Source of the DNA: an uncultured Pseudomonadales bacterium
GTDB lineage: Bacteria; Patescibacteriota; Microgenomatia; UBA1400; PJMF01
Direction of reading: 5' to 3'
Assembly: GCA_964620965.1 (NCBI GenBank)
Contig: CAZUHV010000002.1
Span: 117,452 to 181,451, forward strand
Length of the DNA stretch: 64,000 nucleotides
Below are positions 1-8,863 of the stretch, one piece after another. The notes beneath the pieces were generated by a model. The model searched no databases. It was given only the letters and a program-made list of their open reading frames with translations, and was not told the DNA's origin. Made by a program: the position numbers and the translations under genes. The stretch's first letter is position 1. The number at the start of each line of letters is the position of its first letter.

Positions 1-1495
1 TAATCCAAAAGATATTGAATACTTACATCCAAAACTAAAACCTGTGTTTGAAGAAACTTATGGAGTTATGGTCTACCAAGAGCAAGTTATGGAAATATTT
101 TCCGTTATGGCTGGCTACTCACTTGGGGAAGCTGACATGATTCGCCGCGCTATGGGTAAAAAGAAAATTTCTATCCTAGACGCAAATAAAAAACGCTTTG
201 TGCTTGAATCTGGCAAGCGCGGTTATTCCAAAGAAATAGCAGAAAAAGTTTGGCAATATATTATGGCCTTTGCAAACTATGGTTTTAACAAAGCACACGC
301 CGCAAGTTACGCTATGATTTCCTACCAGACTGCATACCTTAAAGCCAACTATCCAGTAGAATACATGGCCGCTCTAATGAGTGTTGAGGCTGCATCAAGC
401 TCTATGAATGCGGAAGAAAAAATCTCTGCCGCCATCGAAGGAAGCAGGAAAATGGGCATTATTATTCTTCCACCAGACCTTAATAAATCGAGCGATAACT
501 TTACCATCGAGGAAAACAAAAATTCACTAGAAGGCCTAGCAATTCGCTTTGGTTTAAGTGCAATTAAACATGTTGGAAGCAAAGCAATCGAGAATATTTT
601 GGAAACCCGCAAAGAAGTAAAAAAATTCAACTCACTTACTCAGTTTATTCATAAAACAGATAGTAGAAAAGTAAACAAAACAACACTAGAAACCCTCATT
701 AAAGTTGGAGTTATGGATAAGTTCGGTAATAGATCTAGTATGTTAGAAAATCTCGAACAAATTAGAACTACTGCCTCTCAACTACAATCTGATATTGAAG
801 GCCAAGATTCTCTTTTTGCCAATGTTGCAGCTTCAGATGACACTCTAGAAGACTCTTTCCCAGAACTACCAGAATACCCTCAGCAAGAATTGCTCTCATT
901 TGAAAAAGAATTTTTAGGTTTATACCTTACCGAACACCCAATGGCTCAGCAGTTGAAAGCTGTTACAAAAAATGCAGATAAAGAAATTGGCGATTTAGAT
1001 GTCACAATCCATAAAGATAAAACATTTAAGTTTGGCGGAATTCTTTCAAAAGTCAGAACAATTTTAACTAAAACAAAACAACAACCAATGGTATTTGCGA
1101 GATTAGAAGACAATAGTGGAGCAATCGATATCGTAATTTTTCCAAGAACATTTGAAGAAGCAAAAGAGCTCATTCATGATGATGCCGTTGTACTTGTCAA
1201 AGCAAAAGTTGATGAACGAGAAGGGGAAATACAATTATTGGTTGAAAAAGTAAGTGCCCCTTCAGAAACTCAGTTAACACATGAAGGATCTGACCTTCAT
1301 AAAGAAATCTTTGTTCCTAGAAAAACATCTAAAGAAACACTACAAGAATTAGGAAAATTACTCAAAGCACATCCAGGCTCTCAAACGGTTTTAATCTTGA
1401 TTCCGAATGGCTCTAAACCACAAAAAATGTTGCTTCCATATGGAGTCAATTGGAATAAAGAGCTCGAGAAAAAGATTGCAGAGTTACTTAAATAG
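1..1495 (+). CDS. dnaE: DNA polymerase III alpha subunit, C-terminal portion; the 5' end lies before the window
   Basis: The frame is open from the window edge, and the track ORF from 44 reads MFEETYGVMVYQEQVMEIFS...GEADMIRRAMGKKK...FNKAHAASYAMISYQTAYLKANYP, which is typical of the DnaE fingers/OB region. It ends with TAG at 1493-1495. Confidence 0.85.
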   Translation, partial: NPKDIEYLHPKLKPVFEETYGVMVYQEQVMEIFSVMAGYSLGEADMIRRAMGKKKISILDANKKRFVLESGKRGYSKEIAEKVWQYIMAFANYGFNKAHAASYAMISYQTAYLKANYPVEYMAALMSVEAASSSMNAEEKISAAIEGSRKMGIIILPPDLNKSSDNFTIEENKNSLEGLAIRFGLSAIKHVGSKAIENILETRKEVKKFNSLTQFIHKTDSRKVNKTTLETLIKVGVMDKFGNRSSMLENLEQIRTTASQLQSDIEGQDSLFANVAASDDTLEDSFPELPEYPQQELLSFEKEFLGLYLTEHPMAQQLKAVTKNADKEIGDLDVTIHKDKTFKFGGILSKVRTILTKTKQQPMVFARLEDNSGAIDIVIFPRTFEEAKELIHDDAVVLVKAKVDEREGEIQLLVEKVSAPSETQLTHEGSDLHKEIFVPRKTSKETLQELGKLLKAHPGSQTVLILIPNGSKPQKMLLPYGVNWNKELEKKIAELLK

Positions 1496-1542
1496 ATACG
1501 TAAATATAGCGAGGTCGAAAACTAATACACCACGATTGCACT

Positions 1543-1570
1543 TTGCATTAAAAAAATATGTTGGTATAAT
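1543..1570 (+). promoter_or_regulatory. sigma70-like promoter TTGCAT-N16-TATAAT with an extended -10 (TGgTATAAT), upstream of pyrG
   Basis: TTGCAT lies at 1543-1548 and TATAAT at 1565-1570, with a TG at 1562-1563. The pyrG ATG at 1579 sits about 8 nt after the -10, so the transcript is probably leaderless. Confidence 0.45.
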
Positions 1571-1578
1571 ACAATTCC

Positions 1579-3285
1579 ATGAGCATTCATGGTAATTTAA
1601 TCAACAAAATCAAAAAATCCCCTAATACAAAATACATTTTCGTCTCTGGAGGTGTTCTCTCTGGACTTGGAAAAGGCATTACTGCTGCATCTTTAGGCCT
1701 CCTGCTTAAAAATCGTGGTTATAGTGTTACAAATATTAAGTGTGAGAATTACCTTAATATAGATTCAGGAAACATTAATCCTGTAGAACATGGAGACGTT
1801 TTCCTTTGTGAGGATGGCCTAGAGGCAGATCTAGATTTAGGTTCCTACGAAAGATTCTTAGGTGAAGAAGTCGGCCACAAAAACTTTACAACCTTAGGAC
1901 AAATTTATTCTTCTGTTATTGAAAACACAAAAAACCTTGCATATGGTGGAGCAACCGTTGATGCATGGCTCTATATTCCTCAAGAAGCGATCAGAAGAAT
2001 TAAAGCTGCGGGAGAAGGCTTTGATCTTTGTTTAGTTGAACTTGGTGGAACTGCTGGAGAATACCAAAATGTCATTTATTACGAAGCATACCGTATTATG
2101 AACCTCCAATCTCCTCAAGATACCCTTCACATTCATGTGACATACTTCCCAAACCCTTCACACATTAATGAGTTGAAATCAAAACCAACACAACTTTCTG
2201 TTGGAATCTTAAACTCTATGGGAATTCAACCAGATTTTATTGTTGGTAGAGGCGAGCTTCCAATTGATGACAAACGAAAAGAAAAAGTAGCATTCTTTTG
2301 TAACATGAGCAAGGATGACGTTATAAGCAATCCAGATTGCGATAGCATCTATGAACTTCCTCCTATTTTGGCAGAACAAAATTTTGATGCTAAAGTTTTA
2401 CAAAAACTTGGCCTTTCTGAAAGAAAACAAGACTTAAGTGAATGGAACAAGTTCCTTGAAAAACTGAAAAGTGATAAAAAACATTCTGTAAAAATCGCTA
2501 TTATCGCAAAATACCTTTCTACTGGAGACTACGAACTCACAGATTCTTATGTTTCACTTATTGAGTCTCTCAAATTTGCAGCACTCCACACAGACGCAAA
2601 AATGGAATTACTTTTTGTAAAAGCAACAGATGTTGAAAAAAAAGACAAAAAAGCTATAGAAATGATGAAATCTGCAGATGGAATTATTGTCCCAATTGGT
2701 TGGGGAGAGCGTGGAGTTGAAGGGAAAATTTCTGCAATTACCTATGCAAGAGAAAATAAAGTGCCATATCTTGGACTTTGTTATGGAATGCAACTCGCAT
2801 CTGTAGAATATGCTCGAAATGTGGTGGGTCTCACAGGAGCACACACAAAAGAAGTTGATCCAAACACTCCACATCCAGTAATTCATGACATTCCTTTTGA
2901 AGAGAAATATCAAACTATCAAAGGTGAAGGTGCAAGTATGAGACTTGGAGCTTATGATTGTATTCTTAAGCCTGGTACATTAGCATACAAAATTTATAAA
3001 AAACATCATGCATTCAAAGATGAAAGAAAAAATCTCATTTCTGAACGCCACAGACATAGATTCGAATTTAACAACGACTATAGAAAACCTTTAGAAGACG
3101 CAGGTTTTGTTATTTCTGGCACCTCTCCGGATGATTTCTTTGTAGAAATGATAGAACTTCCACAAGAAAAACACCCATTTTTCTTGGCAACTCAAGCGCA
3201 TCCAGAATACAAATCTATGCCTCTAAAACCACATCCAATTTTTGTAGAATATTTAAAGGCTGTGATTGAACAGTCAAATAAGTAA
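1579..3285 (+). CDS. pyrG: CTP synthase
   Basis: N-terminal synthetase motif YIFVSGGVLSGLGKGITAASLG and C-terminal glutamine amidotransferase motif GLCYGMQLA with HRHRFE. Length is 568 aa. Confidence 0.95.
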   Translation: MSIHGNLINKIKKSPNTKYIFVSGGVLSGLGKGITAASLGLLLKNRGYSVTNIKCENYLNIDSGNINPVEHGDVFLCEDGLEADLDLGSYERFLGEEVGHKNFTTLGQIYSSVIENTKNLAYGGATVDAWLYIPQEAIRRIKAAGEGFDLCLVELGGTAGEYQNVIYYEAYRIMNLQSPQDTLHIHVTYFPNPSHINELKSKPTQLSVGILNSMGIQPDFIVGRGELPIDDKRKEKVAFFCNMSKDDVISNPDCDSIYELPPILAEQNFDAKVLQKLGLSERKQDLSEWNKFLEKLKSDKKHSVKIAIIAKYLSTGDYELTDSYVSLIESLKFAALHTDAKMELLFVKATDVEKKDKKAIEMMKSADGIIVPIGWGERGVEGKISAITYARENKVPYLGLCYGMQLASVEYARNVVGLTGAHTKEVDPNTPHPVIHDIPFEEKYQTIKGEGASMRLGAYDCILKPGTLAYKIYKKHHAFKDERKNLISERHRHRFEFNNDYRKPLEDAGFVISGTSPDDFFVEMIELPQEKHPFFLATQAHPEYKSMPLKPHPIFVEYLKAVIEQSNK

Positions 3286-3399
3286 TTTTCTAATTGCAAA
3301 ATCTGGCCTTTTCGAGTAAAATAATAAGCCTTGTAACAGAGCTTGACACACTGTTATAAGAAATCTCGACTTTTGATACAAAAATAAAGGAAAAATAAC

Positions 3400-3753
3400 A
3401 TGGCACAATACTTAAAATATAAAGACACAGATATTGCAGTTGGTGACACAGTTCGTGTACATCAAGAAATTACAGAAGGTGACAAAACTAGAATTCAAAT
3501 TTTTGAAGGATTAGTTATTGCAATCAAGAATACTGGAAATGGTAAATCTTTTACCGTTCGCAAAATTGGTTCAAATGGAATTGGTGTAGAAAAAATCTAT
3601 CCAATTAACATGCCTCAAATCAAAGACGTTGAAGTCAAACGTAAGGGTCATGTCAGAAGAGCTAAGTTATACTTCTTGCGTGAAAGACTTGGTAAAGCCG
3701 CAACCAGAATTAAAGAAAAAGACACTAACAACAAAACAGCTCAAGCTGAATAA
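3400..3753 (+). CDS. rplS: 50S ribosomal protein L19
   Basis: [29 protein letters not shown]...[22 protein letters not shown] is a classic L19. A Shine-Dalgarno AAAGGA precedes the ATG. Confidence 0.95.
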   Translation: MAQYLKYKDTDIAVGDTVRVHQEITEGDKTRIQIFEGLVIAIKNTGNGKSFTVRKIGSNGIGVEKIYPINMPQIKDVEVKRKGHVRRAKLYFLRERLGKAATRIKEKDTNNKTAQAE

Positions 3754-4159
3754 TTTTTCTTTAGGCATAAAAGGCGAAAAAATAGCCTGTGATTATTTAC
3801 TTTCTAAAAAATATAAAATAATCGCACAGAACATTAGAGTTAAAAATAACGAAATTGACATCATAGCGCTTGATACATTGCAAAATGAGCTGGTGTTTAT
3901 AGAAGTCAAAACAAGATCTAGTTTTTTGTTTGGAACTCCTGCATTTGCTGTTTCAAACAAAAAACTAAATAGTATGGTATTCGTTGCAAACCACTATTTG
4001 CAACAAAATAATTGCAATCTAGACTATAGATTTGATATTATAGCCATATCATATTTTGGAGAAAACAATTACAAAAATAATTGTGAATATAGTAAAACTG
4101 CGAATCTGCACAACGCTAAACCCAAAATAGAGCACTTTGAAAACATTAGCTGGCCGTAA
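3629..4159 (+). CDS. YraN-family (UPF0102) endonuclease-like protein; the true start is unresolved
   Basis: Core [34 protein letters not shown]...LVFIEVKTR matches the YraN/Holliday-junction-resolvase-like fold. The longest ORF starts at 3629 and overlaps rplS by 125 nt in another frame. There is no ATG, GTG or TTG in frame between 3694 and the conserved core, so the real start is probably non-canonical near 3746-3770. Confidence 0.65.
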   Translation: MKSNVRVMSEELSYTSCVKDLVKPQPELKKKTLTTKQLKLNNFSLGIKGEKIACDYLLSKKYKIIAQNIRVKNNEIDIIALDTLQNELVFIEVKTRSSFLFGTPAFAVSNKKLNSMVFVANHYLQQNNCNLDYRFDIIAISYFGENNYKNNCEYSKTANLHNAKPKIEHFENISWP

Positions 4160-4200
4160 TCTTATTACTGCCATAAGCCATTTTAGCTTTCGCTAACTAT

Positions 4201-4272
4201 GGCCCCATCGTCTAGCGGTTAGGACATCGGGTTTTCATCCCGGCAACCGGGGTTCGATTCCCCGTGGGGTCA
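4201..4272 (+). tRNA. tRNA-Glu (anticodon TTC)
   Basis: GGCCCCATCGTCTAGCGGTTAGGACATCGGGTTTTCATCCCGGCAACCGGGGTTCGATTCCCCGTGGGGTCA folds as a cloverleaf. The acceptor stem GGCCCCA/TGGGGTC has 7 bp, the anticodon loop is TTTTCAT, a GGTTCGATTCC T-arm is present, and CCA is not encoded. Confidence 0.85.
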
Positions 4273-4336
4273 CACACATTTTTCCTCTGGAATTTTTTAT
4301 ACCCTAAAATGAACATTGAACCATTTTCAAATATCT

Positions 4337-4672
4337 TCAAGATAGCTCTAAATAGGACTTTTTGATCCAGTTGACCAGCTCTTGATCAACTTCTCTTGCT
4401 TCACTTAGGCGAATAGTGTTATGAAATCTATTGGCAGAAACTTGCTCGGTTTTAGTAACTCTTGAAGATTTTATAGCTTCAGTAGTGACAATATTAAGAT
4501 CAAGCCATTTGGTTTTAGGATGCACACCAAGAAAAGCAACTCTGCTTACTATGTGAATTGAAGTTTTTTTATGCTCTATCTTAACTGGTCCAAGCTTTTC
4601 CACACTTTGCATAATTGCCTGGTAGATGGCCATTACTTCTAAGTTTTTACCTTTAAAAAGTTGTTCTTCCAT
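4337..4672 (-). CDS. hypothetical small protein (possibly a DUF1801/DUF5655-like fold)
   Basis: A 111-aa ORF from MEEQLFKGK; the longer 125-aa form would overlap the next gene. No catalytic motif was recognised. Confidence 0.5.
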   Translation of the reverse strand: MEEQLFKGKNLEVMAIYQAIMQSVEKLGPVKIEHKKTSIHIVSRVAFLGVHPKTKWLDLNIVTTEAIKSSRVTKTEQVSANRFHNTIRLSEAREVDQELVNWIKKSYLELS

Positions 4673-4673
4673 A

Positions 4674-4991
4674 TTATCTTTTGTTACTGATCTTACCAAT
4701 AGTAGCGCCACCAATAATTCCCATAATCAGAATTGGGGCATAGGAACCCGTAATCATGGCCGTAGGAAAACTAATAAGCAAGCTGACAATAATGCCTTTG
4801 AGAAATCCTGGAACTGGCAATGAGACAAAGGGGATGAGGAATCCTATGGCGAAACGCTGGAGAAAGGCACTAGAAATCGCAAGTGATTTATTTTCAAATT
4901 CTAGTGGCAGCATGAGAAGTGAATCAACGAGACCAAATGAAATGCCATAGATTGTGGCTAGTAAGTAGTTGTTATTTTGATTGGTTTTCAT
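4674..4991 (-). CDS. hypothetical integral membrane protein (about 3-4 TM segments)
   Basis: A 105-aa ORF with hydrophobic segments (LLATIYGISFGLVDSLLMLPL, FAIGFLIPFVSLPVPGF, IIVSLLISFPTAMITGSYAPILIMGIIGG). Confidence 0.5.
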   Translation of the reverse strand: MKTNQNNNYLLATIYGISFGLVDSLLMLPLEFENKSLAISSAFLQRFAIGFLIPFVSLPVPGFLKGIIVSLLISFPTAMITGSYAPILIMGIIGGATIGKISNKR

Positions 4992-5177
4992 TACAGATTA
5001 ATTATCTCATACTCGTTTTCACCAGTAAACAATTTACGAAACTGTTCAAGTTTAGCTAACAATGGTTCAAACTGTTGAGCCTTAGGGTCACATTTTCACC
5101 TTTTTGCTCATTGATTTTCTTTTCATTTTCTATGTATTATTATCTTAGTCGACAATTAGTATTGTTCGGCTCGTTAT

Positions 5178-6218
5178 ATGAGAAAAAATCTAAATAATAC
5201 TTTTTATCTTTCTTTCTTGGCAATTTTGTTTGTTCTTGTGTTTTTAGCAACTCCTCAAAAAGCCTCTGCTGCCCAACTTACGGAAGGATATCTCAGACTC
5301 AATAGAATGAAAGCTTCAACTGCTACCGGAGGCACAGTCTGTGCAAAGATGGCAACAACAGCTGGAACAGACGCTAAAATAAAGGTTACTTTCCCAACAG
5401 GCTTTACAGTAAACTCTACTGCAAGCAACTGGACTGTTACCACTTCCAATCTTCCAGAAAATGGAAGTGCAATGCCAGGTATAGATACTGCAACTGCAGT
5501 ATCTGGACAAACAGTAACTTTCCCGATCTCAGACATTTCTTCAAACTCAACACTATATTGTTTTAACTTTGCAAGTTCTAGCACATTAACTACAAGTACA
5601 GCAGGAAACGACAAAACGGGTTCTATCTCTGTCACTACAAGTGGTGACTCAGAAATAGATGGTGGTATTTATGCAACCTCAGTTATCTCTGATGACCAAG
5701 TAGTTATTACTGCTACTGTTCCTGCAACATTTAGTTTCGCCTTAGGATCTAACACTCAATCACTCGGAACACTTTCAACTGGAAGTGTAAGCTCAGGATC
5801 TGGTGTGAGTGTCACAATTGGAACTAATGCTGGTAATGGTTGGATTGGTTGGGTACTCAGTGCAAATGCCGCCCTTAATTCTGCTGCAACAAGTGATGCT
5901 ATTTCTACGACTGGCTCTGTAGATAACTCCCCTAGCACTCTCTCTGCTGGAACCGAAGGATATGTTTTAGATGCAGATCTTACTTCCGATTCTGCGACAA
6001 GTGGCACTGGAAGTGTGACAATTGATGCAGAATATAATGGCACAACAACAAGTCAAGGTGGAACCCTTTCGACAACATTTACAGAATTCGCCTCTGCAGA
6101 TGGACCAACAGATAGTGACGTTATCACACTTGTCCCTAGAGTTGCAATTTCTGCCTTAACCCAAGCTGCTACAGATTACACTGACACTCTCACAGTTGTT
6201 GCTGCTGGACACTTCTAG
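5178..6218 (+). CDS. secreted Ser/Thr/Gly-rich cell-surface protein, paralogue A
   Basis: Signal peptide MRKNLNNTFYLSFLAILFVLVFLATPQKASA|AQ, then low-complexity beta-rich sequence ending ...ATDYTDTLTVVAAGHF. The C-terminal roughly 100 aa are paralogous to 8864..9907. Confidence 0.7.
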   Translation: MRKNLNNTFYLSFLAILFVLVFLATPQKASAAQLTEGYLRLNRMKASTATGGTVCAKMATTAGTDAKIKVTFPTGFTVNSTASNWTVTTSNLPENGSAMPGIDTATAVSGQTVTFPISDISSNSTLYCFNFASSSTLTTSTAGNDKTGSISVTTSGDSEIDGGIYATSVISDDQVVITATVPATFSFALGSNTQSLGTLSTGSVSSGSGVSVTIGTNAGNGWIGWVLSANAALNSAATSDAISTTGSVDNSPSTLSAGTEGYVLDADLTSDSATSGTGSVTIDAEYNGTTTSQGGTLSTTFTEFASADGPTDSDVITLVPRVAISALTQAATDYTDTLTVVAAGHF

Positions 6219-6241
6219 TCTTTATGTCATAGTATTCAAGT

Positions 6242-7375
6242 ATGAGGATTCGACTTAAGTACATATTTTTTTTGTTTTTCTTAATAGCACAGTTATTCTT
6301 TGTTAATACAAAAATTGCTTTCGCCCAAACTGAAACTAGTGAACCAGAGGCAACCGAATCTGCTCAAGAATTTATATATATCGAACCAAATTCAGAACCA
6401 CTCAACCTTACAATTTCTCCTGCAACCTTACTATTAGATACAAAACCAGGAAACCCAGTAAATACTTCTTTTCAAGTCTTTAATAATTCTACAGAAACTG
6501 AGTATCTTAAAATTGACTTACTCACATTTGGTGCAAATGCCACTGGAGACGAACCGGTTATCAAGCCCTTCGAACTAGGAGATGATTCCGAATCTTGGCT
6601 CACTTTTGATAATAAAAACATAACAGTTCAACCAAAAACTTGGAAAACTGTTCACGTAACCTTTTCTCCACCAGAATCTGCAGCGCTTTCATACTACTAT
6701 TCAATAGTAATTTCAAGACAAACCTCACAAACCATAAAAGAAGGAGAAACAAACGTTGTTGGAGCTCCTGCTTTGCTATTACTTGCTACTGTTCAATCTC
6801 CATACGCAAAGCAAGAGTTACAGTTGAAAAGCTTCAAAACTACAAAAAAAATATTTGAGTTTCTTCCTGTGGAATTTGAGTTAACAATACAAAATACAGG
6901 AAATGTACATCTTGCTCCAGTTGGTAACATATTTATAGATAGCAGCAGAGAAAAAGATGTTGGATTGATTCAAATAAACAGAACAAATGGTCTCATACTT
7001 CCAGGCTCAACAAGAACATATACACTAAGGTGGGAAGACGGATTTCCAGTTTTTGCCGATAAACAAGTAGATGGCTCTATAGTAACTGACTCAGCCGGAA
7101 ATCCAAAGAAAGAACTCAAATGGGATTTTTCTAAAGCAAACTTTTTTAGGTTTGGAAAATACACTGCACACCTTTTATTTATTTTTGACAACGGAGAAAG
7201 AGACGTCCCAACAGAGGCTAAACTATCATTTTGGGTCCTACCATATAGGATACTTGTTATCTTTGGTTTAGTTGGAGGTACAACTATTCTTGGGATAGCC
7301 ATCCCACTAGTACTTATATTTAAACGTATGCGAAAACAAAATGAAAAAAAACAAACTCCCACTGAAACTAAATAG
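6242..7375 (+). CDS. secreted beta-sandwich protein with a C-terminal transmembrane anchor (CscA-like, DUF916/DUF3324-type architecture)
   Basis: N-terminal signal peptide, a LTISPATLLLDTKPGNP...FQVFNNS segment, a TIQNTGNVHLAPVGNIFID motif, and a C-terminal TM ILVIFGLVGGTTILGIAIPLVLIF followed by a basic tail KRMRKQNEKK. Confidence 0.65.
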   Translation: MRIRLKYIFFLFFLIAQLFFVNTKIAFAQTETSEPEATESAQEFIYIEPNSEPLNLTISPATLLLDTKPGNPVNTSFQVFNNSTETEYLKIDLLTFGANATGDEPVIKPFELGDDSESWLTFDNKNITVQPKTWKTVHVTFSPPESAALSYYYSIVISRQTSQTIKEGETNVVGAPALLLLATVQSPYAKQELQLKSFKTTKKIFEFLPVEFELTIQNTGNVHLAPVGNIFIDSSREKDVGLIQINRTNGLILPGSTRTYTLRWEDGFPVFADKQVDGSIVTDSAGNPKKELKWDFSKANFFRFGKYTAHLLFIFDNGERDVPTEAKLSFWVLPYRILVIFGLVGGTTILGIAIPLVLIFKRMRKQNEKKQTPTETK

Positions 7376-8279
7376 ATACTTTCATATTCTTTTTCTATTT
7401 ATTTTTATATACTTCTTTCCAAAAGCAGTATTTGCACAAGAATCTCTTACTGTTTCGCCTGCATACCAAGAAGTAGTTCTTGAACCTCAAAATGATTCTA
7501 GTGAGTTCAGTATCTCTATCAGAAATGACACAAAAATAGCAGAGTCTTTCGAACTATTTGCTGTTGAGTTTCCTTCTGGTGCACAGTTTGGATCACTTGG
7601 ATTTATTGATTTTGATTCAAGCGATATTAAACAACAGCCGAGCTACATTTCATTTGACACTCAACAGTTTGTTGTTGATCCAAATACTTCAAAAGAAATT
7701 CACGCTACTATCGAAAACCGAGCAAGCTTAAAACCAGGTGGAACGTATCTTTCTGTTATTATTCGATCCTTGAGAGAAAAAAATAGCTCTGGGCAAACAA
7801 TTCTTCCAGCATTCGCTTCTCAACTTCTAATTCGAAAAACTGAAGGTGAGATAAAAAATATTTCACTTAAAACTGTCAGCGATACAGACAAAATTATATC
7901 ATTTACGATCCCAAAAACTGTAAAACTGTTATTTGAAAATAATGGAAATGTACACCTCATTCCTAGAGGAGAAGTGCGAATCGATACAGTATTTGGTGAA
8001 ACAATAAGTCAAGGAATAATTAATGAATCATCTTCTTATGTATATCCAGATAGTCAAAAAGAAATTACTGTACAGCTTTCTCAAGTAAATAAAAAAATAC
8101 CAATCTCGCTCATCACAATTACTGCTTTTGGCTCAGCCAATTCTATAGAATATAGAGCAGAACACTCATATATTTATATCAACCCATACTTTGTGGGCAT
8201 ATCCGCAACACTTTTTTTCTTGTTTATACTCTATGCATTCAAAAAGATAAAAAAACAACCAAAACATGAAACTGAATAA
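7341..8279 (+). CDS. second CscA-like secreted protein with a C-terminal TM anchor; paralogue of 6242..7375
   Basis: Signal peptide, LTVSPAYQEVVLEPQND...FSISIRNDT, ENNGNVHLIPRGEVRID motif, and C-terminal TM YFVGISATLFFLFILYAF plus KKIKKQ. It overlaps the previous gene by 35 nt. Confidence 0.65.
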   Translation: MKKNKLPLKLNRYFHILFLFIFIYFFPKAVFAQESLTVSPAYQEVVLEPQNDSSEFSISIRNDTKIAESFELFAVEFPSGAQFGSLGFIDFDSSDIKQQPSYISFDTQQFVVDPNTSKEIHATIENRASLKPGGTYLSVIIRSLREKNSSGQTILPAFASQLLIRKTEGEIKNISLKTVSDTDKIISFTIPKTVKLLFENNGNVHLIPRGEVRIDTVFGETISQGIINESSSYVYPDSQKEITVQLSQVNKKIPISLITITAFGSANSIEYRAEHSYIYINPYFVGISATLFFLFILYAFKKIKKQPKHETE

Positions 8280-8844
8280 AGTTATTTTAATCTGTACAAC
8301 TGTATTTTTTGTTATACTTTTTAGTATATACCTGTGGGGAAATACACCAAATTCCGGTGAAATCATTAGCACAGCTCAAACCACACAATTAAATGAAGAT
8401 CTAGAAATTAAAACTAATACAGAAGAAAAAAATTCTTGTTTTTCATTTTTTCATGATCAAAACATTACTCAAATCAAAACAGAAGAATTCGATACAACTT
8501 GTATCATTCGAGCAAAAGTCGAAAAACCAATTGGACAACTGAGCATTTCTGTTGTTCAAAATACAGAAAATAAAAACTTTGACTTAGCAGAACAAACCGG
8601 AGTAACCTTACGAAAAAGTTTGCCCGATATCTACACACAAGAAATAAATATCCAAAACAAGCCAAAATTTTTTGAAAACGATAGCAATTTCAACTCAATT
8701 ATTTTTACTAATAAAACAGAAATTACAGGATTTTTTACTCAATCGAACAAACTCCTTACCGTTTCTATCCACGATGTTGCTACAATAAATGAAGAAGTTA
8801 TTTCTATCTTTGAAGAAACTCTTGATGGAGTAACAATTTATTAA
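8266..8844 (+). CDS. hypothetical signal-anchored protein
   Basis: A 192-aa ORF with an N-terminal hydrophobic segment ILICTTVFFVILFSIYLW. It overlaps the upstream gene by 14 nt, which suggests an operon. Confidence 0.5.
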   Translation: MKLNKVILICTTVFFVILFSIYLWGNTPNSGEIISTAQTTQLNEDLEIKTNTEEKNSCFSFFHDQNITQIKTEEFDTTCIIRAKVEKPIGQLSISVVQNTENKNFDLAEQTGVTLRKSLPDIYTQEINIQNKPKFFENDSNFNSIIFTNKTEITGFFTQSNKLLTVSIHDVATINEEVISIFEETLDGVTIY

Positions 8845-8863
8845 GTACCACTAAACAAAAGTA

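Noticed and set aside
1407-1595. A 62-aa ORF spanning the dnaE end and the pyrG promoter.
   Set aside because: It overlaps the dnaE 3' end and the predicted pyrG promoter and has no motif, so it is read as spurious.
3629-3753. Treating the full 176-aa ORF from ATG 3629 as the true yraN-like gene.
   Set aside because: It would overlap rplS by 125 nt in another frame. The conserved domain only begins after the rplS stop, so the start is more likely a downstream non-canonical codon or a frameshift.
4337-4714. The longer 125-aa form of the small minus-strand ORF.
   Set aside because: It would overlap the stop of the upstream membrane-protein gene by 40 nt. The internal ATG at 4672 gives a tidy 1-nt spacing, so the shorter form was called.
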